64,000 nt of DNA from assembly GCA_028694995.1 (NCBI GenBank), contig JAQVJU010000002.1, positions 67,503-131,502 on the forward strand, in the 5' to 3' direction. The position numbers and the translations under genes are program-made. The notes below the pieces were generated by a model. The model saw nothing but the letters and a program-made list of their open reading frames with translations. It was not told where the DNA came from and made no database searches. The DNA comes from Minisyncoccota bacterium (lineage in GTDB: Bacteria > Patescibacteriota > Minisyncoccia > UBA6257). This document shows positions 16,301 to 27,292 of the stretch, piece by piece. Numbering within the stretch: the stretch's first letter is position 1; each line of letters starts with the position of its first letter.

Positions 16301-19132
16301 CTACCAATAAATAAGTTTCTTCAGCGGTACGTATTTTGCAAAGTCAAGATTATTCAAATCTACTTCTGAATCGTCTTCAAAAATAATTTTGTCCTTACCT
16401 ATTTTCTTAATCTTTTTGCCGAAAAGATTAGAAATCGTCTCGGCAATATCAACATCGGGATATAATTTTTCAAAAACAAATCGCGCTTTTTCTTTCTTTA
16501 AGTCGATTTCCAAGCCTTTGTTCGCCAATTTTTCCGACAAAGAAAAAGAATCTTCAATTTGTTTTCTCTTTTCTGCCTTTGCGCCGTTTTCCAATCCGGC
16601 AAAATCAATTTTTTGCAATTCTTTTTCGGTAGGATTATAGTTTGCTCGTTTCAAAACATCTTCGTATTGTTCCAGCTCATAATATTTAAAAAATCCGCCA
16701 CCTTGCCAATTAACATCTTTTGATAAGTGGGGCTTTCTTACAACGGGGCTATGTATGGCTTTAAACTCCTTATCTCCTTTCAAAACTATTTTCATTCTTC
16801 CCAATACTCCTATTTTTTTCATAACAACTTTCGCTTTTGAATTCGTTTCTGACAAGATTTTTACTATCGCAGGATTATTTTTTATATCTATTTTTTCCGC
16901 ATTTTCTTCTTCATCCATATCTTCCAAAGAAGTTTTAGTGCTACCATTTTTATTTATTTCAACCTCATCTAAATAAATCTCGTTGAAAAAATCACCCATT
17001 TCTACGCCAATCCATTTTCTATTTATTTTTTGACATACGGCGCAAGTAGTTCCACTTCCGACAAAAAAATCAAAAACTATATCCTTTGGCTCCGATGACG
17101 ATTGCACAATTCTCCTAATTAAATTTTCTGGCTTTTGATTGCTGACGAAAGATAAGCTCTCAGTAATTCGCGGCTCGGAATATTGAAAAGAATAAATATC
17201 ATTCCAAATTGTACCCTTAGCTTTAACCTTTTTATCAACTTTAATTTTTTCAAAAACACCATTGACCCATTTTTCTATGAATAGATCATTTTTGTCTTTT
17301 CCTAAAATATCTAACCAACCAAAATCACTTGATTTTTTTAATAATTCGTAAGATTTGTAAAAGAGGTATTTTTCACTCTTTGAATAAAAATGAATAAAAT
17401 CAGCTTGCCGAATCCAGTTTAATGCTTGAGATTTGAATCCTGAAATATTATCACCGGTATTCCATGTAATTTTGGCTTTAAAATTATCCGGCCCAAAATT
17501 TTTATCTAAAAGTATTTTTGCATAATGTTCGGCAATATGATCAAGGTGGAGATAAAAATTACCCTCATCTTTTAAGAAAGGTTTTGAAAATTCTATTCGG
17601 TTATCCATTAAAGTTAGCCACGTTGAATCTTGAAAAGTATCAATAAAATCAAAATCATTTCCGGTATTAAACGGCGGGTCAATATAAATTGTCTGCACTT
17701 GTTCTTTGTATTTTGGCAATAGCGTGTTTAACGCTTGGAAATTGTCGGATTTTATAAGTCTACCGTCCAGCGCTTCGTCCAAGTCGTCAAAAAGACTAAT
17801 AATTTCAATTTCTAAATCTTTAAAATGTTTCGTATCAATCGGCAAAGTTTGCCAATCTTTATTTAGCTGTCCGTCTTTTATAATTTCTTTTGGATTGAAT
17901 TTTTTATCAACTATTCCAAGCTCCAGCCACTCGGAAAACTGCTTATTAAAACCTTTATATTTCAAAATTTTGGCGATAATTTCTAAACCGTTTTTTGTGT
18001 TGGCAATTCTATCCAAAGTTATTACATAATTTGAATTTCGGGCAAATTTTGGTTTCAGCCAAATCTTTTTTAGTTCATCTTCAAAATTACCGATAAAATC
18101 AATCGTTAAGTGCGCTATATCTTTTATTTTCTTTATTCTGTCCAGCGATTCTTGGCTGAAAACAGTATCCATGCTTCCCGCCAAATGCTGGTACATATAT
18201 AAATCAAACTGCTCGCGCAAAAATCCTTTCGCGTCTTTATGGATAAAATAATCAATTTCTGTCTGTTTCTTATAAATCTTAAAAGCTTTTTCTATTTCTT
18301 CCGAGCTTAAATCTGTGCCTTTTAACCTTAAATATTTTCCAATTTCTCCGGTTTCAGAAATTGCCGGTTCAATTGATACGCTTCCGTACAAATCTTTATT
18401 GTCCGAAACGATAAATTCCACTTTAGCCTTATTCCTTGCTCCTTTATCACTTAATTTTGCAAAATCCAAACCAGAATTTAATAAAACGATTTTAGGATTT
18501 TTTAACTTTTCTATATTTTCCAAAAGATATTTAACGATTTTAACTTTGTCTTTAATTTTTAAGATCTCTTGAAGTTTTGTATATTTATTATCGTTTTTAT
18601 AAAGAACACGGAATTTGACAATCTTTTTCCCGCCTCTCTTTTGAGTGCCGGTGAAATAAAATTCCAGCTCCTTTTTCTCATTGGCTTGCTTGTGTTTCAA
18701 AAGCGAAGCGTCAAAAGCAAAATCAAAAGCAATTTCAGGGTCAGAATCAATTGATAAGTTTTCTATCGTTTTATAATTTGCTTCGGATTTTACATAGTAC
18801 AGCTTTGCGGTTTTCCAAAATAAAGCCGTGTCCTCTCTGTCGGAATAGACTTTGGCATAGATATTTTTATAAACAGGAGTTGAAGAAAAGAAAATTGCCC
18901 CGCCGTCAGAGAAATAGGAGTCAAAAAATGTATAAAGTTTGTCAAAAAGGTCTTCCGGCTGGTCTTTGCCAAATTTGGCTTTGACTTCTTTTTTTATTCT
19001 CTCTCGGATTTTATTAAAATAGTCCGTCTTGATATTCATCAAGTTGATATATCCGCTTTCGCCTTCTAATTTGGCGCCGACAAATAAGTCCTTCAAAATG
19101 CTATAAAATTTTTGTTCTTTATTATTATTCAT
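16301..19132 (-). CDS. mod: Type III-like DNA methyltransferase Mod (beta-class N6A/N4C), 943 aa with long N-terminal extension
   Basis: motif IV 'IYIDPPFNTG' upstream of motif I 'FFVGSGTTCAV' (beta-class order), followed by Res gene. Confidence 0.75.
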   Translation of the reverse strand: MNNNKEQKFYSILKDLFVGAKLEGESGYINLMNIKTDYFNKIRERIKKEVKAKFGKDQPEDLFDKLYTFFDSYFSDGGAIFFSSTPVYKNIYAKVYSDREDTALFWKTAKLYYVKSEANYKTIENLSIDSDPEIAFDFAFDASLLKHKQANEKKELEFYFTGTQKRGGKKIVKFRVLYKNDNKYTKLQEILKIKDKVKIVKYLLENIEKLKNPKIVLLNSGLDFAKLSDKGARNKAKVEFIVSDNKDLYGSVSIEPAISETGEIGKYLRLKGTDLSSEEIEKAFKIYKKQTEIDYFIHKDAKGFLREQFDLYMYQHLAGSMDTVFSQESLDRIKKIKDIAHLTIDFIGNFEDELKKIWLKPKFARNSNYVITLDRIANTKNGLEIIAKILKYKGFNKQFSEWLELGIVDKKFNPKEIIKDGQLNKDWQTLPIDTKHFKDLEIEIISLFDDLDEALDGRLIKSDNFQALNTLLPKYKEQVQTIYIDPPFNTGNDFDFIDTFQDSTWLTLMDNRIEFSKPFLKDEGNFYLHLDHIAEHYAKILLDKNFGPDNFKAKITWNTGDNISGFKSQALNWIRQADFIHFYSKSEKYLFYKSYELLKKSSDFGWLDILGKDKNDLFIEKWVNGVFEKIKVDKKVKAKGTIWNDIYSFQYSEPRITESLSFVSNQKPENLIRRIVQSSSEPKDIVFDFFVGSGTTCAVCQKINRKWIGVEMGDFFNEIYLDEVEINKNGSTKTSLEDMDEEENAEKIDIKNNPAIVKILSETNSKAKVVMKKIGVLGRMKIVLKGDKEFKAIHSPVVRKPHLSKDVNWQGGGFFKYYELEQYEDVLKRANYNPTEKELQKIDFAGLENGAKAEKRKQIEDSFSLSEKLANKGLEIDLKKEKARFVFEKLYPDVDIAETISNLFGKKIKKIGKDKIIFEDDSEVDLNNLDFAKYVPLKKLIYW

Positions 19133-19138
19133 AAATTT

Positions 19139-19348
19139 TTATTTCATTAAATCATCTAAACTTACGCCAAGAGCTTTGGCGATTTTTTGGACAGTATTAA
19201 TGGTCGGACTTTGTATTCCGCCCGATTCAATTTTAATAATTGTAGCGTGAGAAACATCCGCTAACCTTGAAAGCTTGTCCTGTGATAAATTCTTTATTTT
19301 TCTAAGCTTTTTTATGTTTTTAGAAATAGTTGGAATTGTTTTTGTCAT
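19139..19348 (-). CDS. XRE-family helix-turn-helix regulator (controller-protein-like) heading the R-M operon
   Basis: 'LSQDKLSRLADVSHATIIKIESGGIQSPTINTVQKIAKALGVSLDDL' HTH_3 pattern; 6 nt upstream of mod. Confidence 0.65.
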   Translation of the reverse strand: MTKTIPTISKNIKKLRKIKNLSQDKLSRLADVSHATIIKIESGGIQSPTINTVQKIAKALGVSLDDLMK

Positions 19349-20053
19349 TGTGATATGATAATATAGATATTAGGATATTGATATTATTCTATCGTTCGTG
19401 AGTTATCTATAATGCTATAATACCAAAAATTTTAATTTTTAGCAACGATAATAAAGGGAGTTCCTTTGCGTTGCCCGCGCACGAGAAGGGTGAGGCAACA
19501 GCAACATCATCTATGGCGGCGCATTTTGCTTTGCAAAATACGCTCTCCAAGTCCGCCGAAAAAAGGTCGGCCCAAGCTAGGGCGAGACGTAAGGGGGGTG
19601 TGGAGGGAATTCCGCCTCGCCTGAGCCGAAGCGAAGCTCCGCCGCCCTGCTCGTTCAGAGCAGACCGCTAAAGAAATCTGAAAGATTATCGATGATCTCG
19701 GTTTGAAGGGGTGGCGAGATTATTTACTTTCCGTTTCAAATTATCAATATCTTTTGCAAAATCCGTTATATTACGGATTGATAAGATATAACGGCAATTT
19801 TACGAAGAAAAGCAATAATCGGTTCAAACTCGCCGCCTGATTCATAAATACCGTAAAACAAGCCAAAATTATCGCTTTGTAAGAAAATTCCGAATAGAGT
19901 CGGGATTTTCTAAAAAAAATTGGTTCGAACTTCCGTTTGAGCGGGCAGAAATTATTTTTGGATTTCAAATTTCCCTTCAAAATCCTCGCTGAAGCCGAGC
20001 CCCGCCTTTGGCGGGGCGAGGCAACAATCGCCCAAAATTCGAATTTTGAAAAT

Positions 20054-20143
<90 letters not shown>

Positions 20144-20186
20144 ATTTCTTATCCTTGTATTTTAAAGGATAAGAAATTTATTCTGC

Positions 20187-20612
20187 TTAAAACTTAATTA
20201 AATCTGCTAAAGAACCAATTAAAGGAAGTTTTTTAGTTTTTCCTCCAACTACATTAACAATCCCTATAATAGATAGAATTGCAAAACCTAAATTTACTAA
20301 TGTTGAAACTAAGCCAATCAATCCCCATATTCCTAGAGTAGCAAAACCCATATAAGAATAAGGACGTAAAAATATTGCTGAAATTATTCTAAAGACAATA
20401 AAAGCTATAACTTCAAATCCAAATAAGACCAATCCCTGTTTAGCATGAAAATAGACAAAAGAATCATCTTTTTTAGTAAAAAGAGGAATTAAGCATAGAA
20501 TAGAGATATAGCTTAAGATACCAATTATTTTATTTTCATCTAACTTAGTTTCACCTCCTTGTTGTGATTCTGTTTGTTGTTCAGTGGGTTCTTTTTGAAT
20601 ATCTTGTTCCAT
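20187..20612 (-). CDS. small membrane protein (DUF4870-like)
   Basis: acidic N-term then 'GILSYISILCLIPLFTKKDDSFVYFHAKQG' + 3 TM. Confidence 0.4.
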   Translation of the reverse strand: MEQDIQKEPTEQQTESQQGGETKLDENKIIGILSYISILCLIPLFTKKDDSFVYFHAKQGLVLFGFEVIAFIVFRIISAIFLRPYSYMGFATLGIWGLIGLVSTLVNLGFAILSIIGIVNVVGGKTKKLPLIGSLADLIKF

Positions 20613-20695
20613 GTTTTTTAATTTATTATTTAAATTATTTTATCGACCTTTAATACTTCTAATATTTTAACAGATAAATAAGATATTTTCAATTT

Positions 20696-21577
20696 TCAAA
20701 TATCCATTTGCCTTAACATTTTAATTCTTTCTTGCACTGGTGGATGAGTCATCCAAAGCTTACTAATGCTTTCTTTCTTTAAAGGATTAGAGATAAAAAG
20801 ATGATTAGTAGCGCTAGAAGCAACTCTTAAAGGTTCTGGATCTTGAGAGATTTTTTCTAAGGCTCTAGCTAAACCTTCAGGATAACGAGTTAATAATGCC
20901 CCAGTTGCATCTGCTAGAAATTCTCTTTTTCTTGAAACAGCCAATCTCATTAATGTAGCTGCCATTGGAGCTAAGATAGCAGCAATAATACCTATTAAAA
21001 ACATTATTGCTCCTGCAGAATCCTTACTATCCCTTCTTCTGCTCCAAAAAATAGACCTCATGGTCCAATCAGATAAAATTGCAATCAAACCAGCTAAGAC
21101 AACTACAGCTGAGGCTAAAAGAATATCTCGATTACCAATATGGGCTAATTCATGAGCAATAACCCCTTCTAATTCAGATTTATCTAATTTATTTAATAAA
21201 CCCTGGGTAACACAAATTACTCCATGTTTAGGATCTCTGCCAGTAGCAAATGCATTAGGGGCTGATTCATTCATAATATAAATTCGAGGCATGGGCAAAC
21301 CAGCAGTAATAGAAAGATTTTCTACTATTCTGTATAATTCTGGATTATCTTGTTTAGTTATTAACTTAGCATTAGTCATTGAAAGAATAACTTTATCAGA
21401 ATTCCAATAACTAATAAAACTCATTAAAAAACTAATAAAAACAGCCACATATAGAATATATGGCGTTTCTAAGATATAGCTGAAAATCCAGCCAAGGAAA
21501 ATCACTAAAACAAGAAAGACAGTGATTAAAAACCACGTTTTCCAAATATTAGAACTAGCCTGAGTATAAAGGGTCAT
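20696..21577 (-). CDS. htpX: M48-family zinc metalloprotease HtpX
   Basis: 'HELAHIGNRD' HExxH, TM topology and ~290 aa size. Confidence 0.85.
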   Translation of the reverse strand: MTLYTQASSNIWKTWFLITVFLVLVIFLGWIFSYILETPYILYVAVFISFLMSFISYWNSDKVILSMTNAKLITKQDNPELYRIVENLSITAGLPMPRIYIMNESAPNAFATGRDPKHGVICVTQGLLNKLDKSELEGVIAHELAHIGNRDILLASAVVVLAGLIAILSDWTMRSIFWSRRRDSKDSAGAIMFLIGIIAAILAPMAATLMRLAVSRKREFLADATGALLTRYPEGLARALEKISQDPEPLRVASSATNHLFISNPLKKESISKLWMTHPPVQERIKMLRQMDI

Positions 21578-22125
21578 TTTTGAAAATCAACCTTGACCGC
21601 TTCTCTTTCTACAGGTTCAGTGATTTCAAATAATGCTTCTTCTTTAAAACCAAAAATACTTGCAAAGATATTTTTAGGAAAAACTTTAACTGCTGTATTC
21701 AAATCACGGACATTAGCATTGTAAAAACGACGGGCAGCTTGAATTTTATCTTCTGTGTCTACTAATTCTCTTTGTAATTCAATAAAGTTTTGATTAGCTT
21801 TAAGCTCTGGATAATTTTCAGCCACAGCAAAAAGGGTTTTTAAAGTTTGGCCAAATTGATTCTCAGCTTCTATTTTATCTTTTGCATCAACTGCTCCCAT
21901 AGCTCTAGTTCTAGCTTCTGTTACTTTTTCAAAAACTTCTTTTTCATGAGTCATATATCCTTTAACAGATTCAACCAAATTAGGCACTAAATCATATCTT
22001 CTCTTTAATTGAACATCAATATCTGCCCAAGCTTCTTTTACCCTTATTCTTAATTTTACTAAAGAGTTATAAGTAACAATAGCAAAAGCGACTAAAGCTA
22101 TTAAAACGATCCAAAAAATAGTCAT
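21574..22125 (-). CDS. lemA: LemA family protein
   Basis: N-terminal TM then 'YNSLVKLRIRVKEAWADIDVQLKRRYDLVPNLVE'; classic lemA-htpX pair. Confidence 0.8.
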   Translation of the reverse strand: MTIFWIVLIALVAFAIVTYNSLVKLRIRVKEAWADIDVQLKRRYDLVPNLVESVKGYMTHEKEVFEKVTEARTRAMGAVDAKDKIEAENQFGQTLKTLFAVAENYPELKANQNFIELQRELVDTEDKIQAARRFYNANVRDLNTAVKVFPKNIFASIFGFKEEALFEITEPVEREAVKVDFQK

Positions 22126-22148
22126 GTTTTTTATTTGTTAATTGTTTT

Positions 22149-23810
<1,662 letters not shown>

Positions 23811-23834
23811 TTATTTTTAATTCATATAAAGATT

Positions 23835-24125
23835 CTACTCTTCAATAATTGCTAAAACATCATCTTCCTTGATAACTAAATATTCTTTTTCATCTATTTT
23901 GATTTCATTAGGAGCATATTTGGTAAATAAAACCTTATCCCCTACTTTTATATTTAAAGGAATTAATTTTCCTTCATTATTAGTTTTTCCTGGACCAACA
24001 GCAATCACTTTACCAACACCAGGTTTTTCTTCAGCTGATTCAGGAATAAAAATACCGCCTTTGGTGGTTTTTTCTTCATTAACAGCTTCTACGAAAATAT
24101 TGTTAAATAATGGTTTAATATTCAT
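23835..24125 (-). CDS. groS: co-chaperonin GroES
   Basis: 'MNIKPLFNNIFVE...GGIFIPESAEEKP..GKVIAVGPG'. Confidence 0.95.
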   Translation of the reverse strand: MNIKPLFNNIFVEAVNEEKTTKGGIFIPESAEEKPGVGKVIAVGPGKTNNEGKLIPLNIKVGDKVLFTKYAPNEIKIDEKEYLVIKEDDVLAIIEE

Positions 24126-24212
24126 TGTTATTTTACTAAATTTATTTTAAGAGAAAGATATTGCTAAAAAATCAATAAAAGCTTTTTAAAGCTTTAAGCA
24201 ATATTTTTCTAT

Positions 24213-24239
24213 TTAGCAATCTTCGACTTTAATTGCTAA
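24213..24239. promoter_or_regulatory. CIRCE-like inverted repeat (variant) upstream of groES
   Basis: TTAGCAATC-N9-AATTGCTAA (consensus TTAGCACTC-N9-GAGTGCTAA); hrcA present in window. Confidence 0.5.
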
Positions 24240-24258
24240 TTACTATTTTACTCAAAAA

Positions 24259-25344
24259 TTACTCGCTGTCAATATCTGTTTCTTCTGATTCTGCTTTGGG
24301 CTTATCTAATTCCAAGATGTCAGATTCTATTTTCTTTCCTGATATCCGATAAACATCTTTATCTATCTTGCCAAATTCTTTATAAGCAGAATTATACATA
24401 TTAACCGTAGTGCCTAAATGATTGCCTAATTTTTGCATATAGGTTTCATAACTTGTCAAATGCCTTGTTAATTCTTCCACTCTTTTTTTAATCTCTTTAG
24501 CTGATTCTTCTATTTCCAAAGCCCTTAACCCCTGAAGCACTGTTTGTAAATAAGCTAAGAATGAAGTTGGGGAAACAATAATCACTTTTTTTTGACCCAT
24601 AGCATATTCTATTAAATCTCGAGTATTCGCTTTAACTGCTCCAATCTTATTAATCAATAAATCATAATAAATTGCTTCTGAAGGAATGAACATAAAAGCA
24701 AATTCCATAGTCCCTTCTTCTGGTTTAATGTATTTAGCTGTTTCATCTATCCTGGCTTTTAAATCAGATTTAAAACTATCTTCTAGTTTCTTCCTCTCAG
24801 CATCATCATTAGTTTCTAAAAGACGATTGTAATTTTCTAAACTAAACTTAGAATCAATAGGAATAATCTTATCTTTTATAAAAATCACTGCATCAACAAT
24901 TATGCCTTCTTTAAATCCATATTGCATTTGATAAGTCCCAGGTGGCAAAACATTTTTTAAAACTGTTTCTAAATAATATTCTCCTAGAACTCCTCTTTGT
25001 TTTGGATTTTTTAAAATATCTTGAAGGTTTTTAAGCTGATCAGCAAAATTAACTACCTGTTTATTAGTTTCATCTAATTTAGTTAATTTTTCTGTTACCT
25101 CTCTGATAATCTTAGCGCTTTGTCCAAATTGATTTTGAATCACATTAGGAATCTCTCCTAATTTTTGATCAAGAGTTCGATTTATCTCTTGAATTTGATT
25201 TTGCAACAACAAAAGAGATTGTTCATCTTCTTTTTTAGGTTTTCCTTTTTTTATTAAGAAGAAATATAAAATTCCAGCTATCACTAAACCAATAGCTAAT
25301 CCTAAAACAACACTATTAAATATAAAATTCATAAGGGTCATCAT
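24259..25344 (-). CDS. rmuC: DNA recombination protein RmuC
   Basis: N-terminal TM, long coiled coil, C-terminal RmuC-like region. Confidence 0.75.
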   Translation of the reverse strand: MMTLMNFIFNSVVLGLAIGLVIAGILYFFLIKKGKPKKEDEQSLLLLQNQIQEINRTLDQKLGEIPNVIQNQFGQSAKIIREVTEKLTKLDETNKQVVNFADQLKNLQDILKNPKQRGVLGEYYLETVLKNVLPPGTYQMQYGFKEGIIVDAVIFIKDKIIPIDSKFSLENYNRLLETNDDAERKKLEDSFKSDLKARIDETAKYIKPEEGTMEFAFMFIPSEAIYYDLLINKIGAVKANTRDLIEYAMGQKKVIIVSPTSFLAYLQTVLQGLRALEIEESAKEIKKRVEELTRHLTSYETYMQKLGNHLGTTVNMYNSAYKEFGKIDKDVYRISGKKIESDILELDKPKAESEETDIDSE

Positions 25345-25352
25345 CTGTTTTA

Positions 25353-26114
25353 TTATATAGAAACTTTCTCTTCAATTGAAGGAACTGCTGTTTGTATTTC
25401 TTTAGATTTCTTAAGATCTAAATAAATTAGATATATATAAATCATAGAGAAAAATGAACCAAATGTTTGCACTAAAAGACCAATAAAAGAACCAAGGAGA
25501 TTAAGAAAAGGACCAGAATAATTTTTACCAAGTGCATTTATTCCTATAGCTATTATGATTGTTAATATGATTAACATCAACCTTCTACCAAAAACTTGCC
25601 ACCAATTACCTTTAACTAAATTCCAGCTTCTTTTTATAGCTTCCATACCTTTTCTTTTTTCATCTATATAAACATATAAAGAAAAAGATAGATAAATAGA
25701 TAAAATTAATCCAGGAATTATTAAAAAGACAAAACCCAAAGATACAAAAATAGATACCAATACACCTATTATCAAATAATTCCAATAATTTTTCCAAGCC
25801 TCTTTAAACACTTCTTTTAAAGAAACCCCAACAGGCTTCATAACTAATACTAAAGAAGCTACTAATAAATAGAGAGAACAAAAAATAAATAGAAAAGGAA
25901 AAAAGAGAAAGAAATAAGTAAGAATTTTCTGAATTATTATCGCAAGAGAACTAGTTTGTCCTTTAAGCATTAAAGCGCTAAATATAGAGCCAAAAATCAC
26001 TAATATAATCATGGCTCCTAAAATAATTTCCAAAAAAACAAGCAGTAATATAGGTTTTAATTTTAACTTATAAATATGAAAAGTTTCTTTAATTAAACTT
26101 GTAAAATTTTTCAT
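25353..26114 (-). CDS. polytopic membrane protein, hypothetical
   Basis: 253 aa, ~6 TM; no motif. Confidence 0.35.
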   Translation of the reverse strand: MKNFTSLIKETFHIYKLKLKPILLLVFLEIILGAMIILVIFGSIFSALMLKGQTSSLAIIIQKILTYFFLFFPFLFIFCSLYLLVASLVLVMKPVGVSLKEVFKEAWKNYWNYLIIGVLVSIFVSLGFVFLIIPGLILSIYLSFSLYVYIDEKRKGMEAIKRSWNLVKGNWWQVFGRRLMLIILTIIIAIGINALGKNYSGPFLNLLGSFIGLLVQTFGSFFSMIYIYLIYLDLKKSKEIQTAVPSIEEKVSI

Positions 26115-26134
26115 AATATTTTTTTATTATTATT

Positions 26135-27292
26135 TTACTTTAACTCCTCTTCCAAATCTTCTAAAAGTTTTTTAACTTTAGTAGAAACTTTTTTAGGAGT
26201 TTTTATTCTTACTTTTACATAAAGGTCGCCTTGACCAGGAGCATTAAAATGTTTAATCCCCTTACCTCTTAAGCGAAAGATTTCTCCTGATTCTGTGCCT
26301 GCTGGTATCTTGAATAAAACATCTTTTTTATCAAGTAATTGTATTTCTTTTTTACTACCTAAGGTTGCTTCGGTAAAAGATATTCCTAAAGATATATACA
26401 AATCATCTCCTTGCCTTTCAAATCTTTCATGAGGCTTAATGATTATTCTGATATATAAATCACCACTTAAACCTCCTAAATACCCCGCTTCTCCTTCATG
26501 CCTAATCCTAATTGTTTCTCCATCTCTAATACCAGCAGGGATATCCACCTTGATTTCTTTATTTCCATAATAACGACCATCACCACCACACTTCTTGCAA
26601 GGTTTTTCTGGAATTTTGCCTTTACCTTTGCATTTTGGGCATTCTATTATTTGAGTAATTTCCCCTAAAAATGTCCGGCGTGACTGTCTAATTGTTCCTG
26701 TGCCTTTACAATTAGCGCATTCTTTTAACTTAGAGCCAGGCTCATAACCCTTTCCCTGGCAATGTTCACAAGAAAGATATGTTTTAAAAGAAACGTCTTT
26801 TCTAATACCAAAGGCTGCTTCTTCTAAATTAATCTCTAAACTAACTTCTATATTATTACCTTTTTTATTAGCGCTTGTTTTCTGATACCTGGTTTTCCTT
26901 GAATCCATTCCAGCTGCTCCTCTAAAAAAATCAGCTAAGATGTCATTTAAATCAATGCCTCCAGCTGAAAAACCAAAAGGAGATTGAAAATCACCTCCTT
27001 GCCAATTAAAACCTGACCAATCAAACCCACCAGCAAAACCTTCTCTAAAATCAGCACCAGGACCTTCAAAAACCCTGCCGAACTGATCATATTGAGCCCT
27101 TTTCTCCTTGTTTGATAAGATCTGATAAGCTTCATTAATTTCTTTGAATTTTTCCGCATCACCTCCTTTATCAGGATGATGTTTATGTGCTAATTTATAA
27201 AAAGCTTTTTTTATTTCTTCAGGTGTGGCATTACGACCAATACCTAAGATTTCATAATAGTCTTTCATATCAATTTCTTTATTTAAAAGCAA
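26135..27292 (-). CDS. dnaJ: molecular chaperone DnaJ
   Basis: J-domain 'DYYEILGI...HPDK', four CxxCxGxG zinc-finger repeats. Confidence 0.9.
   Translation of the reverse strand: MLLNKEIDMKDYYEILGIGRNATPEEIKKAFYKLAHKHHPDKGGDAEKFKEINEAYQILSNKEKRAQYDQFGRVFEGPGADFREGFAGGFDWSGFNWQGGDFQSPFGFSAGGIDLNDILADFFRGAAGMDSRKTRYQKTSANKKGNNIEVSLEINLEEAAFGIRKDVSFKTYLSCEHCQGKGYEPGSKLKECANCKGTGTIRQSRRTFLGEITQIIECPKCKGKGKIPEKPCKKCGGDGRYYGNKEIKVDIPAGIRDGETIRIRHEGEAGYLGGLSGDLYIRIIIKPHERFERQGDDLYISLGISFTEATLGSKKEIQLLDKKDVLFKIPAGTESGEIFRLRGKGIKHFNAPGQGDLYVKVRIKTPKKVSTKVKKLLEDLEEELK

Larger units (their letters stand above)
13011..20053. mobile_element. putative genomic island (Type III R-M cargo) abutting the 3' end of tRNA-Ser
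   Basis: visibly higher GC than flanks, GC-rich non-coding borders (13311-13390; 19440-20050), cargo = HTH-mod-res; no integrase found. Confidence 0.4.

Noticed and set aside
14337-18984. Plus-strand ORFs inside res/mod (14337-14600, 14619-14969, 16389-16640, 16755-16976, 17706-18029, 18315-18984)
   Set aside because: They are antisense to long, motif-supported R-M genes and have low-complexity translations. Shadow ORFs.
19471-19671. 66-aa plus-strand ORF (Ala/Arg-rich)
   Set aside because: It lies entirely within the anomalous GC-rich stretch, is Ala/Arg-rich as expected from GC bias, and has no RBS. Probably non-coding.
19440-20053. Possible tmRNA or RNase P RNA in the GC-rich block
   Set aside because: tmRNA features were looked for (GGGG 5' end, tag reading frame ending ...LAA, tRNA-like 3' end GGTTCGAATCC-CCA) and conserved RNase P/SRP blocks. 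None matched convincingly. A candidate frame ends '...AKQNAPP*', which is unlike a tag peptide.
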